Source: an uncultured Lentimicrobiaceae bacterium
Lineage (GTDB): Bacteria; Bacteroidota; Bacteroidia; Bacteroidales; UBA4417
Direction of reading: 5' to 3'
DNA length: 64,000 nt
NCBI GenBank assembly: GCA_964583325.1
Contig: CAZOXJ010000001.1
Span: 28,054 to 92,053 of the forward strand
The position numbers and the translations under genes are program-made. This document shows, piece after piece, positions 61,024 through 64,000 of this stretch; within the stretch, counting starts at the first letter, position 1, and every line of letters begins with the position of its first letter. The notes under the pieces were generated by a model, which was not told where the DNA came from, did not search any database, and saw only the letters and a program-made list of their open reading frames with translations.

Positions 61024-62517
61024 TCAATCCTTTTTTATTCGTGAAAGGATTATATGATCTTTGTATTTCCTGAATATCCTGTAGTTTAAATCATTACCAT
61101 TTAAGGCAGGCTCAAACCAGCGATCAACTTTTTTATCTACGGCAGGATAATAATTTATGATAATGTGATCTATTTCAAGTTGCGCACAATAAGCTGAAGC
61201 TTCAGCACCGGTAAATTTTTTTCTTTGAAGTACTTCGAAATATTCGAGTGTATGATAGGTGAGCGTTTTGTCGCTGATCTCATTATAAATATAGGAATAA
61301 GGAGCTAAAATTCTTTCACTTTCCGCTGGAATAGAATTACTAAGCTCCTTATTTGCAGTAATAAAATCAGAATTTTCGTCCATTATCGATAGCCAATGTT
61401 TTGCAGTTAAACCTATTTGAAGCAGTAAAACAAAACTTACTAAAGTTAGCCGTATAAACTGTCGCTGTTTAAGAAAATATAAAACTGATAATGCAATAAG
61501 TAAAGCCATCATCGGTAAATAGTAGAGAAGATAACGTTCAGCAATCTGGCTTCCCAGCAGGTTTAATGACAGAATAAGCATGGCAGAGTATATCAGCAGT
61601 GGCCTGTGGGTTTCCTTCAGATGTTTAAACGCCATAATAACAGAAAGAAAGAATAGGATAGAAAATGCAAATACTTTATCACTCCAAAAAAAACGTTGAT
61701 GCTCAGTTGACAATTTTACCAATGCACTTATGATAACATTTGTCTTCGAGTGAAAATTACCCGAAACATCATCAGGCCAGTTACTTATCTGAGACAGGAA
61801 CCTAGCCATATTACCTGATGGCAGCAAATCAATAAAGTAAAAAAACATAATGATCCCGCCACTAAATAGATAAGGGACAAGAAATCGGTATTTCCTGTAG
61901 ATTACCAGGTAAAAAAATCCGCTAACAGCGAAAATTAAACCGTTAAGATGAGTAAGAAAAGCCAGGCCGGCCGCTATCCCTGCTACAATTATCCAAAGGC
62001 TTGATCTGGAATCATTTGTACGAACCTTTTCCAAAGCCATAAAAGAGGCAAAGCCTGTCGCCATAACCAGGATTTCGGGGCGGTAGGTAAATCCATATAT
62101 AAATGTAAGTGGATTGATAAAAATAAGCAGACATACCAGTAGATTCGTTCCATCAGGAAAACGAGAACTGTCAATCAGCAAATATTTTTTTAAAAGAAGA
62201 AAAAATGACAAATAAACAATCAGAGTGAAGGTTTTAAAATAATACACCGACCAGCCCAGAGTTTTTATTATCAGGGCACCTATCCATATATTTAATTTGT
62301 GGTAAACAAACAACCGTTCTTCCCACCCAAGTCCTGCCTGAATTGTTTTTGTTCGTACAATTCCATCTTTCGCCAGCCAATAAGCTTGTTCTCCAAAAAA
62401 GCAATCATCAATATACGCATATCGTTGCCACATGCTGACTATGAATGCAATACATCCTATAATCAGAATGAAAAGAATAGTTTTTTTGTGAAAGAAATAC
62501 AAGAAAAATTTGTCCAT
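61024..62517 (-). CDS. GT-C fold polytopic membrane glycosyltransferase (ArnT/PMT, GT39/83-like)
   Basis: 497 aa with many TM segments and first-loop motif YAYIDDCFFGEQAYWLA. Confidence 0.7.
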   Translation of the reverse strand: MDKFFLYFFHKKTILFILIIGCIAFIVSMWQRYAYIDDCFFGEQAYWLAKDGIVRTKTIQAGLGWEERLFVYHKLNIWIGALIIKTLGWSVYYFKTFTLIVYLSFFLLLKKYLLIDSSRFPDGTNLLVCLLIFINPLTFIYGFTYRPEILVMATGFASFMALEKVRTNDSRSSLWIIVAGIAAGLAFLTHLNGLIFAVSGFFYLVIYRKYRFLVPYLFSGGIIMFFYFIDLLPSGNMARFLSQISNWPDDVSGNFHSKTNVIISALVKLSTEHQRFFWSDKVFAFSILFFLSVIMAFKHLKETHRPLLIYSAMLILSLNLLGSQIAERYLLYYLPMMALLIALSVLYFLKQRQFIRLTLVSFVLLLQIGLTAKHWLSIMDENSDFITANKELSNSIPAESERILAPYSYIYNEISDKTLTYHTLEYFEVLQRKKFTGAEASAYCAQLEIDHIIINYYPAVDKKVDRWFEPALNGNDLNYRIFRKYKDHIILSRIKKD

Positions 62518-62855
62518 ATTTTTTTGTGTCTTTATTATAAAAATGAAGGATGAAATCAGGGTTTAATTTATTCTTACAATACTATTTATGATAATTATCT
62601 TCACTATTATTTTACTAACCAGAAGATAAATGATCTTTATATTCAGTTATGAAGTAAAATATAACCGAAATATTTACAAAAATATGAAATTTTCGAGGCG
62701 GAATGAGCTAATTGGTTGCTATTCCCAAGTTCCTTCGAAGAATTAACATTATGATAAAACCGGCTTGCTTTCATGATGGGTAAATTATAAAGTTTTCGAA
62801 TAAATAGTATTATTTTTCTACTTTCGCAGCCATTAATCCAACTAAATCGAAATTG

Positions 62856-64000
62856 ATGAAAACACTTCAGATTTTCTTTCTATTAACCCTCACCGGTTCG
62901 TTTGCTTTTGCTCAGCAAAGTATGACCCCAAACCGCTATACCCCAGAGCTGTTATGGAAACTGGGCAGAGTTAGCGAAGTAGAAGTTTCGCCTGATGCAA
63001 AAACAATTTTATACGGCGTAAGCTGGTACAACCTGGCTGAGAACAAAGGGAACCGCGATTTATATACAATGCCGGTTTCGGGTGGCAATCCTTTAAAAAT
63101 CACCTCGTTCAAAGGAAGTGAAAGTAACGGAATTTACAGGCCCGACGGGAAAAAAATCGCTTTCCTTTCAGCAGAATCAGGCTCTATGCAGGTTTGGGAA
63201 TCCAATACTGATGGCTCCGCTCCTATCCAGATTAGCTTTTCCGAAAGTGATATCTCCGGATTCAGTTATTCACCCGACATGAAGTATATTCTTTATGCAC
63301 AACGAGTTAAACTGGATAAAACGCCTAACGACATGTATCCTGACCTCCCAAAAATGAATGCCCGTATCGAAGACGACCTGATGTACCGACACTGGGACAG
63401 CTGGTCGGATTATAGTTACAGCCATATTTTTGTGGCTCCGTATGCCGATGGTAAAATGGAGAAAGGCAAAGATATTATGGAAAACCAGCGGTTTGAATCG
63501 CCGATGGCTCCCTGGGGTGGAATGGAACAGCTATGCTGGAGTCCTGAAAGCGATAAAATAGCATACACATGCAAAAAACTTGTCGGACTCGAATATTCAA
63601 TAAGCACAAATTCAGAGATTTATGTTTATGATCTAAAAACCGGAGCTGAAACAAATATTTCGAAAGGAATTGCCGGGTATGATCAAGATCCTGTTTTTTC
63701 GCCCGATGGTAAAAAAATAGTCTGGCGAAGCATGGCACGCGATGGTTTTGAAGCTGATAAAGACAGGATTATGATTTATGATTTTGCAACTGCCAAATAC
63801 ACTGACTATTCCGAGAAATTCGACCAGATATCCAGCAATTTCGAATGGTCAGCGGATAGCAAAATATTGTACTTCCTGAGTTCAACAAAAGGAACTGTTC
63901 ATATTTATTCACTCGTACTGGCAACAAAAGAAATAAAGCAGATCAGTAAAGGTGCATGGGATTACCTTTCCGTTCAGTTGGCCGGCAAAGACCTTATTGC
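62856..64000 (+). CDS. S9-family serine peptidase, N-terminal beta-propeller part (continues past window end)
   Basis: Absent from the ORF track because it is open at the edge. My translation from the ATG at 62856 gives MKTLQIFFLLTLTGSFAFAQQ...YRPDGKKIAFLS...MYRHWDSWSDYSYSHIF...FSPDGKKIVWRS..., with no stop to 64000. The repeated PDGKKI(A/V) propeller motifs are typical of S9 peptidases. Confidence 0.75.
   Translation, partial: MKTLQIFFLLTLTGSFAFAQQSMTPNRYTPELLWKLGRVSEVEVSPDAKTILYGVSWYNLAENKGNRDLYTMPVSGGNPLKITSFKGSESNGIYRPDGKKIAFLSAESGSMQVWESNTDGSAPIQISFSESDISGFSYSPDMKYILYAQRVKLDKTPNDMYPDLPKMNARIEDDLMYRHWDSWSDYSYSHIFVAPYADGKMEKGKDIMENQRFESPMAPWGGMEQLCWSPESDKIAYTCKKLVGLEYSISTNSEIYVYDLKTGAETNISKGIAGYDQDPVFSPDGKKIVWRSMARDGFEADKDRIMIYDFATAKYTDYSEKFDQISSNFEWSADSKILYFLSSTKGTVHIYSLVLATKEIKQISKGAWDYLSVQLAGKDLI

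Overview
The window looks like a Bacteroidota chromosome. This is an inference from three proteins with T9SS C-terminal sorting domains, TAnnTTTG -7 boxes at sensible distances before many starts, and a serC-serA-DUF1015 arrangement. Positions 1-28771 are coded entirely on the minus strand. A truncated nadE-like gene is followed by a ~26.5-kb, 21-gene surface-glycan locus (710-27170). It holds wza, wzc, an FnlA/B/C-type UDP-L-FucNAc trio, a wzm/wzt ABC exporter, a Wzy_C-family membrane protein and about ten GT-B glycosyltransferases. It also has two tightly coupled tailoring pairs: CapA-like + RimK-like ATP-grasp, and NodB deacetylase + CapK/PaaK-like ligase. The rest is mostly housekeeping or secreted functions: yggS, an orphan hybrid sensor kinase, DUF1015, a four-helix-bundle (IVS/Avd-like) gene, serA, serC, L31, lon, dapA and ligA. 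It also includes T9SS-sorted M1 and M14 peptidases, a TonB-dependent receptor, a large TPR protein, two GT-C membrane glycosyltransferases and a truncated S9 peptidase. I found no rRNA, tRNA, CRISPR array, transposase, integrase or prophage genes. I cannot point to a proven novel system. The best candidate is the glycan locus, which mixes parts of different export routes and carries the CapA-like/ATP-grasp pair, an arrangement I do not recognise from characterised pathways. Several perfect palindromes and a 935-bp ORF-free leader in and around this locus are unexplained. Two edge-truncated genes (1-563 minus, 62856-64000 plus) are missing from the ORF track and were translated by hand.
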